64,000 nt of DNA from Escherichia phage 215Ecol030PP. Both the position numbers and the translations under genes were made by a program. The stretch lies in the sequence record PP328843.1; one strand, written 5' to 3'. Shown piece after piece: positions 16,924 through 35,158 of this stretch; positions within the stretch are counted from its first letter, which is position 1, and every line of letters starts with the position of its first letter. The notes beneath the pieces are model-generated. The model saw nothing but the letters and a program-made list of their open reading frames with translations, was not told where the DNA came from and did no database searches.

Positions 16924-18906
16924 ATGGCAAATACCCCTGTAAATTATCAATTAACAAGAACAGCAAATGCTATTCCCGAGATATTCGTCGGGGGTACGTT
17001 TGCTGAAATAAAACAAAACCTCATTGAATGGCTTAATGGCCAAAATGAATTTTTGGATTATGATTTTGAAGGCTCAAGATTAAACGTTCTGTGTGACCTT
17101 TTAGCTTATAATACATTGTACATTCAACAGTTTGGTAATGCTGCTGTGTATGAAAGCTTTATGCGTACTGCTAACTTACGAAGTTCAGTTGTTCAAGCTG
17201 CACAAGATAACGGATATTTACCTACTTCAAAATCCGCTGCGCAGACCGAAATTATGTTAACATGCACCGACGCATTGAATAGGAATTACATTACTATTCC
17301 TCGCGGAACTCGCTTTTTAGCATATGCAAAAGATACTTCTGTTAATCCATATAACTTCGTTTCTACCGAAGACGTTATTGCTATTCGTGATAAAAATAAC
17401 CAATATTTTCCGCGTTTAAAATTGGCCCAGGGACGTATAGTAAGAACTGAAATCATTTATGATAAATTAACACCTATTATCATTTATGATAAAAATATTG
17501 ATAGAAACCAGGTTAAATTATACGTTGATGGAGCAGAATGGATTAACTGGACAAGAAAGTCAATGGTTCATGCTGGTTCTACATCGACAATTTACTACAT
17601 GCGTGAAACTATTGATGGAAATACTGAATTCTATTTTGGTGAAGGTGAAATTTCTGTTAATGCTTCTGAAGGAGCTTTGACCGCTAATTATATCGGAGGT
17701 CTTAAACCTACTCAGAACTCTACGATTGTTATTGAGTACATCAGTACTAATGGTGCTGACGCGAACGGAGCAGTCGGATTTTCATACGCAGATACATTAA
17801 CAAATATAACTGTCATCAATATTAATGAAAATCCAAACGATGACCCAGATTTTGTTGGGGCAGATGGCGGCGGTGATCCAGAAGATATTGAGCGTATCCG
17901 CGAATTGGGTACTATTAAACGCGAAACCCAGCAACGCTGCGTAACTGCGACTGACTATGATACATTCGTTTCAGAGAGATTTGGTTCTATTATTCAAGCA
18001 GTTCAGACTTTCACTGATTCTACTAAACCTGGTTATGCATTTATTGCTGCTAAACCTAAATCAGGTCTGTATTTAACTACTGTACAGCGTGAAGATATTA
18101 AAAATTATCTCAAAGACTATAATTTAGCTCCTATTACGCCATCAATTATTTCTCCTAATTATCTTTTTATTAAGACTAATTTAAAAGTCACATATGCTTT
18201 AAATAAGCTGCAAGAATCCGAACAGTGGCTCGAAGGTCAAATAATTGATAAAATTGATCGTTATTATACCGAAGACGTAGAAATTTTTAATTCATCTTTC
18301 GCTAAATCTAAGATGTTGACATATGTAGATGATGCAGATCATTCTATCATTGGCTCATCAGCGACAATTCAAATTGTTCGTGAAGTACAAAACTTCTATA
18401 AAACGCCTGAAGCAGGTATTAAATACAATAATCAAATAAAAGATCGTTCTATGGAATCTAATACGTTTTCATTTAATTCTGGACGAAAGGTTGTAAATCC
18501 TGATACTGGTTTAGAAGAAGATGTATTATATGACGTTCGCATAGTATCAACAGACCGAGATTCTAAAGGAATTGGTAAAGTTATTATTGGTCCATTTGCT
18601 TCTGGCGATGTTACAGAAAATGAAAACATTCAGCCATATACAGGCAACGATTTTAACAAATTAGCAAATTCTGATGGACGCGACAAATACTATGTTATCG
18701 GTGAAATAAATTATCCAGCTGATGTGATTTATTGGAATATCGCTAAAATTAATTTAACATCTGAAAAATTTGAAGTTCAGACCATCGAATTATATTCTGA
18801 CCCAACCGATGATGTTATCTTTACTCGCGACGGTTCACTGATTGTATTTGAAAATGACTTACGTCCACAATACTTAACTATCGATTTGGAGCCTATATCA
18901 CAATGA
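16924..18906 (+). CDS. 6: baseplate wedge protein gp6 (660 aa)
   Basis: length identical to T4 gp6; synteny. Confidence 0.92.
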   Translation: MANTPVNYQLTRTANAIPEIFVGGTFAEIKQNLIEWLNGQNEFLDYDFEGSRLNVLCDLLAYNTLYIQQFGNAAVYESFMRTANLRSSVVQAAQDNGYLPTSKSAAQTEIMLTCTDALNRNYITIPRGTRFLAYAKDTSVNPYNFVSTEDVIAIRDKNNQYFPRLKLAQGRIVRTEIIYDKLTPIIIYDKNIDRNQVKLYVDGAEWINWTRKSMVHAGSTSTIYYMRETIDGNTEFYFGEGEISVNASEGALTANYIGGLKPTQNSTIVIEYISTNGADANGAVGFSYADTLTNITVININENPNDDPDFVGADGGGDPEDIERIRELGTIKRETQQRCVTATDYDTFVSERFGSIIQAVQTFTDSTKPGYAFIAAKPKSGLYLTTVQREDIKNYLKDYNLAPITPSIISPNYLFIKTNLKVTYALNKLQESEQWLEGQIIDKIDRYYTEDVEIFNSSFAKSKMLTYVDDADHSIIGSSATIQIVREVQNFYKTPEAGIKYNNQIKDRSMESNTFSFNSGRKVVNPDTGLEEDVLYDVRIVSTDRDSKGIGKVIIGPFASGDVTENENIQPYTGNDFNKLANSDGRDKYYVIGEINYPADVIYWNIAKINLTSEKFEVQTIELYSDPTDDVIFTRDGSLIVFENDLRPQYLTIDLEPISQ

Positions 18907-21900
18907 CAGTAAAAGCACCTTCAGTCACTAGTCTCAGAATTTCCAAGTTATCCGCAAATCAGGTGCAAGTACGCTGGGATGACGTTGGTGCTAATTTCTA
19001 CTATTTTGTAGAAATCGCTGAGACAAAAACGAACTCGGGGGAAAATCTCCCGAGTAATCAATACAGATGGATTAACTTAGGATATACTGCAAATAACAGC
19101 TTCTTTTTTGATGATGCTGACCCATTGACATCATACATTATCAGAGTAGCTACAGCTGCGCAAGATTTTGAGCAGTCTGATTGGATTTATACCGAAGAGT
19201 TTGAAACTTTTGCTACAAATGCTTATACATTTCAAAACATGATTGAAATGCAATTAGCCAATAAATTCATTCAGGAAAAATTTACTCTTAATAATTCTGA
19301 TTATGTTAATTTTAACAATGACACTATAATGGCTGCATTGATGAATGAATCATTTCAATTCAGCCCATCGTATGTTGATGTTTCATCAATAAGTAATTTT
19401 ATTATTGGTGAAAATGAGTATCATGAAATACAAGGTTCTATTCAGCAAGTATGTAAGGATATTAACCGAGTTTATTTGATGGAATCAGAAGGAATTCTAT
19501 ATCTTTTTGAGCGCTATCAACCTGTAGTTAAAGTATCCAATGATAAAGGACAAACCTGGAAAGCCGTAAAGCTCTTCAATGACCGTGTAGGATATCCTTT
19601 ATCTAAGACAGTATATTACCAATCTGCGAACACAACATACGTTCTAGGATACGACAAGATTTTCTATGGCCGTAAATCGACTGACGTTAGATGGTCAGCA
19701 GATGATGTCAGATTCAGTTCGCAGGATATAACATTTGCTAAACTTGGCGACCAGTTACATTTAGGATTTGATGTAGAAATCTTTGGTACTTATGCGACTT
19801 TACCAGCGAATGTATATCGTATAGCTGAAGCCATTACTTGTACGGATGATTATATCTATGTTGTTGCCAGAGATAAAGTTAGATATATAAAAACGAGCAA
19901 TGCACCTATAGATTCTGATCCATTATCTCCAACATATTCGGAAAGGCTATTTGAATCTGATACAATGACTATAACTGGAAATCCTAAAGCAGTATGCTAT
20001 AAAATGGATTCTATTGGTGATAAAGTTTTTGCTCTTATTATCGGTGAAGTTGAAACATTAAATGCTAATCCTAGAACGTCAAAAATAATTGATTCTACTG
20101 ATAAAGGAATATATGTTTTAAATCATGACACAAAAACGTGGAAAAGAGTTTTTGGCAACACTGAAGAAGAAAGAAGACGTATTCAACCTGGGTATGCGAA
20201 TATGTCAACTGATGGTAAATTAGTTTCTCTATCTTCGAGTAATTTTAAATTTTTAAATGATAACGTTGTTAATGACCCTGAAACTGTAGCAAAATATCAG
20301 TTAATCGGTGCCGTTAAATATGAATTTCCTCGTGAATGGTTAGCTGATAAGCATTATCATATGATGGCATTTATAGCAGATGAAAAGTCTGATTGGGAAA
20401 CTTTTACGCCTCAGCCAATGAAATACTACGCAGAACCGTTCTTTAATTGGTCTAAAAAATCTAACACACGCTGTTGGATAAACAACTCTAATAGAGCTGT
20501 AGTAGTTTATGCTGATTTAAAATACACTAAAGTTATAGAAAATATTCCGGAAACATCACCAGATAGATTAGTTCATGAATACTGGGATGATGGTGATTGT
20601 ACGATAGTAATGCCAAATGTTAAATTCACGGGATTTAAAAAATATGCGTCTGGGATGCTTTTTTATAAATCTTCTGGTGAAATAATTTCTTATTATGATT
20701 TTAACTATCGAGTGAGAGACACGGTTGAAATAATTTGGAAGCCAACTGGAATATTTTTAAAAGCATTTTTACAAAACCAAGAGCGTGAAACTCCTTGGTC
20801 ACCGGAAGAAGAGCATGGATTAGCTGATCCTGATTTAAGACCATTGATTGGCACAATGATGCCTGATTCTTATTTACTACAAGATTCGAATTTTGAGGCA
20901 TTTTGCGAAGCATATATTCAATATCTTTCTGATGGATATGGAACTCAGTATAACAATTTACGAAATTTAATTCGTAACAAATATCCACGAGAAGAGCATG
21001 CATGGGAATATTTGTGGTCAGAGATATATAAAAGAAACATTTATTTAAATGCTGACAAACGTGATGCTGTTGCAAGATTTTTTGAATCACGTAGCTATGA
21101 TTTTTATTCTACTAAAGGAATTGAAGCATCATACAAGTTTCTTTTTAAAGTTCTTTATAATGAAGAAGTTGAAATTGAAATTGAATCTGGGGCTGGTACT
21201 GAATATGACATAATCGTTCAATCTGATTCTTTGACTGAAGATTTAGTAGGACAAACGATTTATACAGCCACAGGAAGATGTAATGTTACTTATATAGAAA
21301 GAAGTTATTCTAATGGTAAATTGCAATGGACCGTAACTATTCATAATCTTTTGGGAAGATTAATTGCTGGTCAAGAAGTTAAAGCAGAAAGACTCCCTAG
21401 TTTTGAAGGCGAAATTATTCGTGGCGTTAAAGGAAAGGATTTGCTTCAAAACAATATAGACTATATTAATAGAAGTAGATCATACTATGTAATGAAAATT
21501 AAATCCAATTTACCTTCTTCCCGCTGGAAATCTGACGTTATTCGTTTTGTTCATCCAGTAGGATTTGGATTTATAGCAATTACCCTTTTAACAATGTTTA
21601 TTAATGTTGGTTTAACTCTTAAACATACAGAGACTATAATTAATAAATACAAAAACTATAAATGGGATTCTGGATTGCCTACTGAATATGCTGATAGAGT
21701 AGCTAAATTAACTCCAACTGGTGAAATTGAGCATGATTCAGTAACAGGCGAAGCAATTTATGAGCCTGGCCCAATGGCTGGTGTAGAATATCCTCTTCCT
21801 GATGACTATAATGCTGAAAATAATAATTCAATATTTCAAGGTCAATTGCCGTCTGAACGACGTAAATTAATGAGTCCCCTATTTGATGCTTCTGGAACAA

Positions 21901-22001
21901 CATTTGCGCAATTTAGGGATTTAGTTAATAAACGTCTAAAAGATAATATAGGAAATCCAAGAGACCCTGAAAATCCAACACAGGTTAAAATAGATGAATG
22001 A
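18903..22001 (+). CDS. 7: baseplate wedge protein gp7 (1032 aa)
   Basis: length identical to T4 gp7; synteny. Confidence 0.92.
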   Translation: MTVKAPSVTSLRISKLSANQVQVRWDDVGANFYYFVEIAETKTNSGENLPSNQYRWINLGYTANNSFFFDDADPLTSYIIRVATAAQDFEQSDWIYTEEFETFATNAYTFQNMIEMQLANKFIQEKFTLNNSDYVNFNNDTIMAALMNESFQFSPSYVDVSSISNFIIGENEYHEIQGSIQQVCKDINRVYLMESEGILYLFERYQPVVKVSNDKGQTWKAVKLFNDRVGYPLSKTVYYQSANTTYVLGYDKIFYGRKSTDVRWSADDVRFSSQDITFAKLGDQLHLGFDVEIFGTYATLPANVYRIAEAITCTDDYIYVVARDKVRYIKTSNAPIDSDPLSPTYSERLFESDTMTITGNPKAVCYKMDSIGDKVFALIIGEVETLNANPRTSKIIDSTDKGIYVLNHDTKTWKRVFGNTEEERRRIQPGYANMSTDGKLVSLSSSNFKFLNDNVVNDPETVAKYQLIGAVKYEFPREWLADKHYHMMAFIADEKSDWETFTPQPMKYYAEPFFNWSKKSNTRCWINNSNRAVVVYADLKYTKVIENIPETSPDRLVHEYWDDGDCTIVMPNVKFTGFKKYASGMLFYKSSGEIISYYDFNYRVRDTVEIIWKPTGIFLKAFLQNQERETPWSPEEEHGLADPDLRPLIGTMMPDSYLLQDSNFEAFCEAYIQYLSDGYGTQYNNLRNLIRNKYPREEHAWEYLWSEIYKRNIYLNADKRDAVARFFESRSYDFYSTKGIEASYKFLFKVLYNEEVEIEIESGAGTEYDIIVQSDSLTEDLVGQTIYTATGRCNVTYIERSYSNGKLQWTVTIHNLLGRLIAGQEVKAERLPSFEGEIIRGVKGKDLLQNNIDYINRSRSYYVMKIKSNLPSSRWKSDVIRFVHPVGFGFIAITLLTMFINVGLTLKHTETIINKYKNYKWDSGLPTEYADRVAKLTPTGEIEHDSVTGEAIYEPGPMAGVEYPLPDDYNAENNNSIFQGQLPSERRKLMSPLFDASGTTFAQFRDLVNKRLKDNIGNPRDPENPTQVKIDE

Positions 22002-22998
22002 TTCAAGTGTTATCTATCGTGCGATAGTTACTTCAAAATTTAGAACAGAAAAAATGTTGAATTTTTATAATTCAATTGGAAGTGGTCCGGATAAAAACAC
22101 TATCTTTATTACATTTGGAAGATCAGAACCGTGGTCATCAAACGAAAATGAGGTGGGATTTGCCCCACCTTATCCCACCGATTCTGTGTTAGGTGTAACT
22201 GACATGTGGACTCATATGATGGGAACCGTGAAGGTTCTTCCATCTATGCTTGACGCAGTTATTCCTCGTCGAGATTGGGGAGATACTAGATATCCGGATC
22301 CATACACATTTAGAATTAACGATATTGTAGTGTGTAACTCAGCTCCTTACAACGCTACTGAATCAGGCGCAGGCTGGTTAGTATATCGTTGTTTAGATGT
22401 TCCTGATACCGGAATGTGTTCAATCGCATCTTTAACTGATAAGGATGAATGCCTTAAATTAGGCGGAAAATGGACACCTTCTGTTAGGTCAATGACTCCT
22501 CCTGAAGGTCGAGGAGATGCTGAAGGAACAATTGAACCTGGGGACGGGTATGTATGGGAATATCTATTTGAGATTCCACCCGATGTATCTATAAATAGAT
22601 GCACGAATGAATATATCGTGGTTCCTTGGCCTGAGGAATTAAAAGAAGACCCAACTAGATGGGGGTATGAAGATAATCTCACTTGGCAACAAGATGATTT
22701 TGGATTAATTTACCGGGTTAAGGCAAATACTATCCGTTTTAAAGCATATTTAGATTCAGTTTACTTTCCTGATGCTGCATTGCCAGGAAATAAAGGATTT
22801 AGACAAATATCAATAATCACGAATCCTCTTGAAGCTAAAGCTCATCCAAATGACCCAAACGTTAAAGCTGAAAAGGATTATTATGATCCAGAAGATTTAA
22901 TGAGGCATTCGGGTGAAATGATTTATATGGAAAATAGGCCACCTATTATCATGGCAATGGATCAAACAGAAGAAATCAATATTCTGTTTACATTTTAA
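21994..22998 (+). CDS. 8: baseplate wedge protein gp8 (334 aa)
   Basis: length/synteny. Confidence 0.92.
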   Translation: MNDSSVIYRAIVTSKFRTEKMLNFYNSIGSGPDKNTIFITFGRSEPWSSNENEVGFAPPYPTDSVLGVTDMWTHMMGTVKVLPSMLDAVIPRRDWGDTRYPDPYTFRINDIVVCNSAPYNATESGAGWLVYRCLDVPDTGMCSIASLTDKDECLKLGGKWTPSVRSMTPPEGRGDAEGTIEPGDGYVWEYLFEIPPDVSINRCTNEYIVVPWPEELKEDPTRWGYEDNLTWQQDDFGLIYRVKANTIRFKAYLDSVYFPDAALPGNKGFRQISIITNPLEAKAHPNDPNVKAEKDYYDPEDLMRHSGEMIYMENRPPIIMAMDQTEEINILFTF

Positions 22999-23003
22999 AT
23001 TAA

Positions 23004-23028
23004 GGGAGCCCATGGGCTCCCTTTTTCT
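23004..23028 (+). terminator. intrinsic terminator after gene 8
   Basis: GGGAGCCCATGGGCTCCC then T-run. Confidence 0.6.
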
Positions 23029-23029
23029 T

Positions 23030-23037
23030 TATAAATA
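23030..23037 (+). promoter_or_regulatory. late promoter TATAAATA for gene 9
   Basis: exact motif directly after gene 8 terminator hairpin. Confidence 0.6.
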
Positions 23038-23061
23038 CTATAAACTCATAAGGAAACCGCT

Positions 23062-23928
23062 ATGTTCATTCAAGAACCAAAGAAATTGATTGATACCGGC
23101 GAAATTGGTAACGCTTCTACTGGTGATATCTTATTCGACGGTGGTAATAAAATTAATAGTGATTTTAACGCAATTTATAATGCGTTTGGCGATCAGCGTA
23201 AAATGGCAGTAGCAAATGGCACTGGAGCAGATGGTCAAATTATCCATGCTACTGGATATTATCAAAAGCACTCTATCGCGGAGTACGCAACTCCAGTGAA
23301 AGTTGGCACTAGACATGATATTGATACCTCTACTGTAGGTGTTAAAGTTATTATTGAAAGAGGAGAACTTGGCGATTGTGTTGAATTCATTAACTCTAAT
23401 GGATCAATATCAGTTACTAATCCTTTAACGATTCAGGCTATTGATTCAATTAAAGGCGTTTCAGGTAATTTAGTAGTAACTAGCCCATATAGTAAAGTAA
23501 CTTTACGCTGTATTTCATCTGATAATTCTACATCGGTTTGGAATTATTCTATTGAAAGTATGTTTGGACAAAAGGAATCACCAGCTGAAGGTACATGGAA
23601 TATTTCTACATCCGGATCAGTTGATATTCCACTATTTCATCGCACTGAATACAATATGGCTAAATTGCTAGTTACGTGCCAATCAGTAGATGGAAGAAAA
23701 ATTAAAACAGCAGAAATAAATATTCTTGTAGATACTGTTAATTCAACGGTCATTTCTTCTGAATATGCTGTCATGCGGGTTGGGAATGAAACCGAAGAAG
23801 ACGAAATCGCTAATATTGCATTTAGTATTAAAGAAAATTATGTAACGGCGACTATAAGTTCTTCAACTGTCGGTATGAGAGCAGCAGTTAAAGTTATCGC
23901 TACGCAGAAAATCGGGGTGGCTCAATAA
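23062..23928 (+). CDS. 9: baseplate wedge, long-tail-fibre connector gp9 (288 aa)
   Basis: length/synteny; late promoter upstream. Confidence 0.92.
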   Translation: MFIQEPKKLIDTGEIGNASTGDILFDGGNKINSDFNAIYNAFGDQRKMAVANGTGADGQIIHATGYYQKHSIAEYATPVKVGTRHDIDTSTVGVKVIIERGELGDCVEFINSNGSISVTNPLTIQAIDSIKGVSGNLVVTSPYSKVTLRCISSDNSTSVWNYSIESMFGQKESPAEGTWNISTSGSVDIPLFHRTEYNMAKLLVTCQSVDGRKIKTAEINILVDTVNSTVISSEYAVMRVGNETEEDEIANIAFSIKENYVTATISSSTVGMRAAVKVIATQKIGVAQ

Positions 23929-25733
23929 TGAAACAAAATATTAATATCGGTAATGTTGTTGATGATGGTACCGGTGACTACCTGCGTAAAGGTGGTATAA
24001 AAATAAATGAAAACTTTGATGAACTTTATTATGAACTTGGCGATGGAGATGTTCCATATTCAGCCGGTGCCTGGAAAACTTATAATGCTTCATCCGGTCA
24101 AACATTAAAAGCTAAGTGGGGAAAATCATACGCTATTAATACCTCTTCTGGAAGAGTAACTTTACAACTTCCTAAAGGAACTGTTAATGATTATAATAAA
24201 GTAATTAGAGCTAGGGATGTATTTGCAACATGGAACATTAATCCAGTTACTTTAGTAGCTGCTTCTGGGGATACAATTAAAGGGTCGTCATCGTCAGTTG
24301 AAATTAATATTCAATTTAGTGATTTAGAGCTCGTTTATTGTGCTCCAGGACGTTGGGAATATGTCAAAAACAAACAAATTGACAAAATTATTAGTTCAGA
24401 TATTAGTAATGTAGCACGTAAAGAATTTTTAGTCGAAGTTCAAGGACAAACAGACTTTTTAGATGTTTTCCGCGGAACTAGCTATAATGTTAATAACATC
24501 CGAGTAAAACACCGCGGTAATGAATTATATTATGGCGATGTATTTAGTGAAAACAGTGACTTTGGCTCTCCTGGGGAAAATGAAGGAGAATTGATTCCTC
24601 TTGATGGATTTAATATTAGGTTAAGACAGCCTTGTAATATTGGTGACACTGTTCAAATTGAAACATTTATGGATGGTATATCACAATGGAGAAGTTCATA
24701 TACAAGACGCCAAATAAAAGTATTAGATTCAAAATTAACGTCAAAAACTTCTTTAGAAGGAAGTATTTACGTTACTGATTTATCAACAATGAAATCAATT
24801 CCATTCTCTGCATTTGGATTAATTCCTGGAGAACCTATTAATCCTAATTCTCTTGAAGTTCGTTTTAATGGAATTTTACAACAACAAGCTGGAACAGCAG
24901 GATATCCTCTGTTTTTGTGTGAAGGTGCTAACTCAGATACGCAAGCAGGATGTATATCTCTTGGTGGTGAATGGAAAGAATCGAACACAGATTATTCTAT
25001 AGAATATGAAGATGGAAAACCTACCAGTCTTTTATTTGATAGAAAATTTGAATCAGGTGATATAATCGTTATAACATGGTTTAATAATGATTTAGGAACT
25101 CTTTTAGAAAAAGATGACATTATTGAATTAACTGATGACCGTTATGTTAGTAAAGGATCATCTACTGAAGTTACTGGGGATGTAGCCTTAACAGATTTTG
25201 ATAAAATCGGTTGGCCAAATGTTGAAAAAGTTGATTCTTATACTAGAACGTATAATTCAATATCATCTATTTTCGATAGCATTTATCCCGTAGGTTCAAT
25301 TTATGAAAATGCTATAAACCCAAATAATCCGGTGACTTATATGGGGTTTGGTTCGTGGAAATTATTTGGTAAAGGACAAGTTTTAGTAGGATGGAATGAT
25401 GATGTTACGGATCCAAACTTTGCTTTAAACAATAATGATTTAGATTCTAGCGGAAATCCTTCACACACTGCCGGTGGAACAGTTGGAACAACGTCAGTAA
25501 CGCTTGAAAATGCAAATCTTCCTGCGACTAAAACTGACGAAAGAGTTTTAATTGAAGATGAAAATGGATCAGTTATTATTGGAGGTTGTCAATATGACCC
25601 AGACGAAACTGGTCCTATATATACAAAATATCGTGAAGACTACGCAACAACAAACTCTTCACATACTCCTCCTACTAATATTAGTAATATTCAACCGTCT
25701 ATTACTGTATACCGTTGGATAAGGATTGCATAA
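23928..25733 (+). CDS. 10: baseplate wedge protein gp10 (601 aa)
   Basis: length/synteny. Confidence 0.92.
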   Translation: MKQNINIGNVVDDGTGDYLRKGGIKINENFDELYYELGDGDVPYSAGAWKTYNASSGQTLKAKWGKSYAINTSSGRVTLQLPKGTVNDYNKVIRARDVFATWNINPVTLVAASGDTIKGSSSSVEINIQFSDLELVYCAPGRWEYVKNKQIDKIISSDISNVARKEFLVEVQGQTDFLDVFRGTSYNVNNIRVKHRGNELYYGDVFSENSDFGSPGENEGELIPLDGFNIRLRQPCNIGDTVQIETFMDGISQWRSSYTRRQIKVLDSKLTSKTSLEGSIYVTDLSTMKSIPFSAFGLIPGEPINPNSLEVRFNGILQQQAGTAGYPLFLCEGANSDTQAGCISLGGEWKESNTDYSIEYEDGKPTSLLFDRKFESGDIIVITWFNNDLGTLLEKDDIIELTDDRYVSKGSSTEVTGDVALTDFDKIGWPNVEKVDSYTRTYNSISSIFDSIYPVGSIYENAINPNNPVTYMGFGSWKLFGKGQVLVGWNDDVTDPNFALNNNDLDSSGNPSHTAGGTVGTTSVTLENANLPATKTDERVLIEDENGSVIIGGCQYDPDETGPIYTKYREDYATTNSSHTPPTNISNIQPSITVYRWIRIA

Positions 25734-26392
25734 TGAGTTTACTTAATAATAAAGCGGGAGTTATTTCCCGCTTAGCAGATTTTCTTGGTTTTAGAACTAA
25801 GAAAAATGATATTTCGGTTATGAATAATCAGCCAGTAGGCGCTGTAACAATTTCACAAATAGCAAAAGGTTTTTATGACCCGAATGTAGAATCTGCTATC
25901 AATGATGTTAGAAATATGGCAGAGCAACCGGTTGGAGCTGTATTAGTTAATATAAGCGGCGTATCTCCTACTGGCGTGCAACAAACCGACTATTGGTCAT
26001 TTGAAGGAACTGTTACTGATACTTCAGTCAAATCAGGTGACCCAGTTATTGTTAACATGTTTGGTATTCCAGTTAAAGCTACTAATGGAATGACTTCAAT
26101 TGAATTTACTAGTGCCGTTAGAATAGCTCTACAGGAAATGGTTGTAAAATTTATTGCAATTGATTCATTTGAAGACCATCCTACCATAGGAAATAAAATA
26201 CAAGTTAAGTATTTAGATAACCAAGAACATATCTTAGAACAATACTCTGATAAAGGAATTACTTTCAAACAGGAAATAATTTCTCCTTCTAAACCTGGGT
26301 ATGGAACTTGGCAATTATTAGGTGCGCAAACTGTTACGCTAGATAGTCACACACAACCTACAGTATTTTATTATTTTGAGAGAGTAGCATGA
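25733..26392 (+). CDS. 11: baseplate wedge/short-tail-fibre attachment gp11 (219 aa from MSLLNNKAG; TAATG overlap with gene 10)
   Basis: N-terminus matches T4 gp11. Confidence 0.92.
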   Translation: MSLLNNKAGVISRLADFLGFRTKKNDISVMNNQPVGAVTISQIAKGFYDPNVESAINDVRNMAEQPVGAVLVNISGVSPTGVQQTDYWSFEGTVTDTSVKSGDPVIVNMFGIPVKATNGMTSIEFTSAVRIALQEMVVKFIAIDSFEDHPTIGNKIQVKYLDNQEHILEQYSDKGITFKQEIISPSKPGYGTWQLLGAQTVTLDSHTQPTVFYYFERVA

Positions 26393-27939
26393 GTAACAAT
26401 ACATATCAGCACGTATCAAATGAATCAAAATATGTTAAATTCGATCCTACTGGATCGAATTTTCCTGGCACTGTTACGACAGTACAGTCTGCATTATCAA
26501 AAATAAGTAATATCGGCGTAAATGGTATTCCTGATGCAACTATGGAAGTTAAAGGAATAGCAATGATTGCGTCAGAGCAAGAGGTTTTAGATGGAACTAA
26601 TAATTCTAAAATCGTTACACCAGCTACATTAGCAACAAGATTATTGTATCCAAATGCTACTGAAACTAAATATGGTTTAACGCGTTATTCAACAAATGAA
26701 GAAACATTAAAAGGCTCAGATAATAATTCATCAATAACACCACAAAAACTGAAATACCACACTGACGATGTGTTCAAAAATAGATATTCGTCTGAGTCAT
26801 CAAACGGGGTTATTAAAATATCATCTACACCTGCAGCTTTGGCTGGAGTTGATGATACTACTGCGATGACTCCGCTAAAAACCCAAAAACTTGCAATAAA
26901 ATTAATTTCGCAAATAGCTCCTTCAGAAGACACTGCAACAGAATCGGTGAGAGGAGTAGTTCAATTATCTACTGTTGCACAAATTCGTCAAGGAACTCTC
27001 CGCGAAGGATATGCAATTTCCCCGTATACCTTTATGAATTCTGTTGCAACACATGAATATAAGGGTGTTATACGCCTAGGAACGCAGACTGAAATTAATA
27101 ATAATTTGGGTGGTGTTGCAGTAACAGGTGAAACACTAAATGGTCGAGGAGCTACCGGTTCTATGCGTGGAGTAGTTAAATTAACGACGCAAGCCGGTAT
27201 TGCCCCTGAAGGTGATAGCTCTGGAGCATTAGCATGGAACGCAGATGTAATTAATACTCGTGGTGGACAAACTATTAATGGTTCTTTAAATTTAGACCAT
27301 CTTACAGCAAATGGAATTTGGTCACGCGGTGGAATGTGGAAAAATGGCGATCAACCTGTTGCCACTGAAAGATATGCGTCCGAACGAGTTCCGGTTGGAA
27401 CTATTATGATGTTTGCGGGTGATTCAGCACCTCCAGGTTGGATTATGTGTCATGGTGGAACCGTGTCAGGTGACCAATTTCCTGATTATAGAAACGTAGT
27501 TGGAACAAGATTTGGTGGCGATTGGAATAATCCTGGCGTTCCTGATATGCGGGGTCTTTTCGTCAGAGGAGCCGGCACAGGCGGTCATATTTTAAATCAA
27601 CGTGGACAAGATGGCTATGGAAAGGATAGACTGGGCGTAGGATGTGACGGAATGCATGTTGGTGGTGTTCAGGCACAACAAATGTCATACCATAAACATG
27701 CTGGTGGTTGGGGTGAATATAACAGAAGTGAAGGCCCATTTGGCGCGTCAGTTTATCAAGGATATCTTGGAACTAGAAAATATTCCGACTGGGATAATGC
27801 TTCATACTTCACTAATGATGGATTTGAATTAGGTGGACCGAGAGATGCTCATGGTACACTTAATCGTGAAGGATTAATTGGTTATGAAACTAGACCATGG
27901 AATATATCATTAAACTATATTATTAAAGTTCATTACTAA
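26389..27939 (+). CDS. 12: short tail fibre gp12 (516 aa)
   Basis: synteny; repetitive fibrous sequence. Confidence 0.9.
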   Translation: MSNNTYQHVSNESKYVKFDPTGSNFPGTVTTVQSALSKISNIGVNGIPDATMEVKGIAMIASEQEVLDGTNNSKIVTPATLATRLLYPNATETKYGLTRYSTNEETLKGSDNNSSITPQKLKYHTDDVFKNRYSSESSNGVIKISSTPAALAGVDDTTAMTPLKTQKLAIKLISQIAPSEDTATESVRGVVQLSTVAQIRQGTLREGYAISPYTFMNSVATHEYKGVIRLGTQTEINNNLGGVAVTGETLNGRGATGSMRGVVKLTTQAGIAPEGDSSGALAWNADVINTRGGQTINGSLNLDHLTANGIWSRGGMWKNGDQPVATERYASERVPVGTIMMFAGDSAPPGWIMCHGGTVSGDQFPDYRNVVGTRFGGDWNNPGVPDMRGLFVRGAGTGGHILNQRGQDGYGKDRLGVGCDGMHVGGVQAQQMSYHKHAGGWGEYNRSEGPFGASVYQGYLGTRKYSDWDNASYFTNDGFELGGPRDAHGTLNREGLIGYETRPWNISLNYIIKVHY

Positions 27940-27948
27940 GGATTACAA

Positions 27949-29406
27949 ATGATTGAATTAAAAGAGTTACCTTTTGTTGATAGCGTTCCTGACGAAGGTC
28001 AGGAACGTATTTCATGGATTAAAAATGGTGAAGAAATATTAGGAGCTAGTACTAAGTATGGAAATGATGGATCAATGAATAGACCAATTGTTTCCGTGTT
28101 TAAAAACGTCGAAGTTCTTGATGAAAATGTGGGAATTCTTAAAACTGCCATTGAAACATCACAGAAAGATATTAAAACAATTCAAGGAGTTTTAGATGTA
28201 TCAGGAGATATAGAAGCACTATCGCAGATCAGTGTTAATAAAAATGACATATCGAATTTAAAGACACTTACCAGTGAACACACTGATATATTAACTGGAA
28301 CTAATAATACAGTTGACAAAATTATTGCTGATATAGGTCCATTTAATGATGAAGAAAACTCTGTTTATAGAACAATTAGAAATGATTTATTGTGGATTAA
28401 ACAGGAATTAGGACAATATTCTGGCCAAGACATTAACGGTCTTCCTGTTGTTGGTAATGCTAGCACAGGAATGAAACACAGAATAATAACAAATAGTACA
28501 TTATTATCTTCACAAGGCATTCGTTTAAGCGAATTAGAAAATAAATTTACTGAATCTGACGTAGGATCATTAACTGTTGAAGTTGGTAAATTACGTGATG
28601 AACTTGGTAATAAACCAGTAGATTTTGGGCCAAATATTTATAATAGATTAAACACTATAGATGATAAACAAACTTTAATAAATTCTGATATAGCAGAAAT
28701 TAAATCTTCTATTGGATACCCAGAAAATGTTTCTATAATAACAGAAATTAATAATAACAAAAGTAGCATTGAAGCTATTAATAATGAATTAAATCAGAGT
28801 GAAGGTGTTAAACAGCGCTTAACGGCTATTGAAACTTCTATAGGTTCAGATGATATTCCTTCTAGTATTAAAGGAAAAATTAAAAATCACACAACTTCTA
28901 TTGAGTCTTTAAACGGAATTGTTGGTGAAAACACTTCGTCTGGATTAAGAGCGAATGTTTCGTGGTTAAATCAAATTGTTGGAACTGACTCTAGCGGAGG
29001 ACAGCCATCTCCTTCTGGATCTCTATTAAATAAAGTTTCAGTGATTGAAGGAGAAGTTTCAGTTTTAAACAATAATGTTCAAAATATACAAGTTGAAATA
29101 GGAAATAATAGAACAGGAATTAAAGGTCAAGTTATTGAACTTACTTCACTTATAAATGGAAATAATCCTGACGGATCAACTGTTGAAGAACGAGGATTAA
29201 CTAATTCTATAAAAACGAATGAAACCAACATTGCGGCAGTCACACATGAAGTAAATACAGCTAAAGACAATATATCCTCTTTACAGAGCAGCGTTCAAGC
29301 TCTACAAGAAGCAGGTTATATTCCTGAAGCTCCAAAAGATGGCCAAGCTTACGTTCGTAAAGACGGCGAATGGGTATTGCTTTCTACCTTTTTATCACCA
29401 GCATAA
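27949..29406 (+). CDS. wac: fibritin (whisker) with C-terminal foldon
   Basis: C-terminus [27 protein letters not shown] foldon; coiled-coil body. Confidence 0.95.
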   Translation: MIELKELPFVDSVPDEGQERISWIKNGEEILGASTKYGNDGSMNRPIVSVFKNVEVLDENVGILKTAIETSQKDIKTIQGVLDVSGDIEALSQISVNKNDISNLKTLTSEHTDILTGTNNTVDKIIADIGPFNDEENSVYRTIRNDLLWIKQELGQYSGQDINGLPVVGNASTGMKHRIITNSTLLSSQGIRLSELENKFTESDVGSLTVEVGKLRDELGNKPVDFGPNIYNRLNTIDDKQTLINSDIAEIKSSIGYPENVSIITEINNNKSSIEAINNELNQSEGVKQRLTAIETSIGSDDIPSSIKGKIKNHTTSIESLNGIVGENTSSGLRANVSWLNQIVGTDSSGGQPSPSGSLLNKVSVIEGEVSVLNNNVQNIQVEIGNNRTGIKGQVIELTSLINGNNPDGSTVEERGLTNSIKTNETNIAAVTHEVNTAKDNISSLQSSVQALQEAGYIPEAPKDGQAYVRKDGEWVLLSTFLSPA

Positions 29407-29437
29407 CATGGGGCCGCAAGGCCCCAAAGGATTTTAA

Positions 29438-31948
<2,511 letters not shown>

Positions 31949-31989
31949 TAAATATTATAAACTAATTAAAGCCCAGATTAGGAGAAATC

Positions 31990-35130
<3,141 letters not shown>

Positions 35131-35158
35131 TATTAAAGCATATTAAAGAGGATTAAAA

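Noticed and set aside
29410-29425. Hairpin GGGGCCGCAAGGCCCC between wac and gene 13 as a terminator
   Set aside because: No U-run follows (AAAGGA SD instead); more likely an RNA-stability or attenuating stem-loop than a full terminator.
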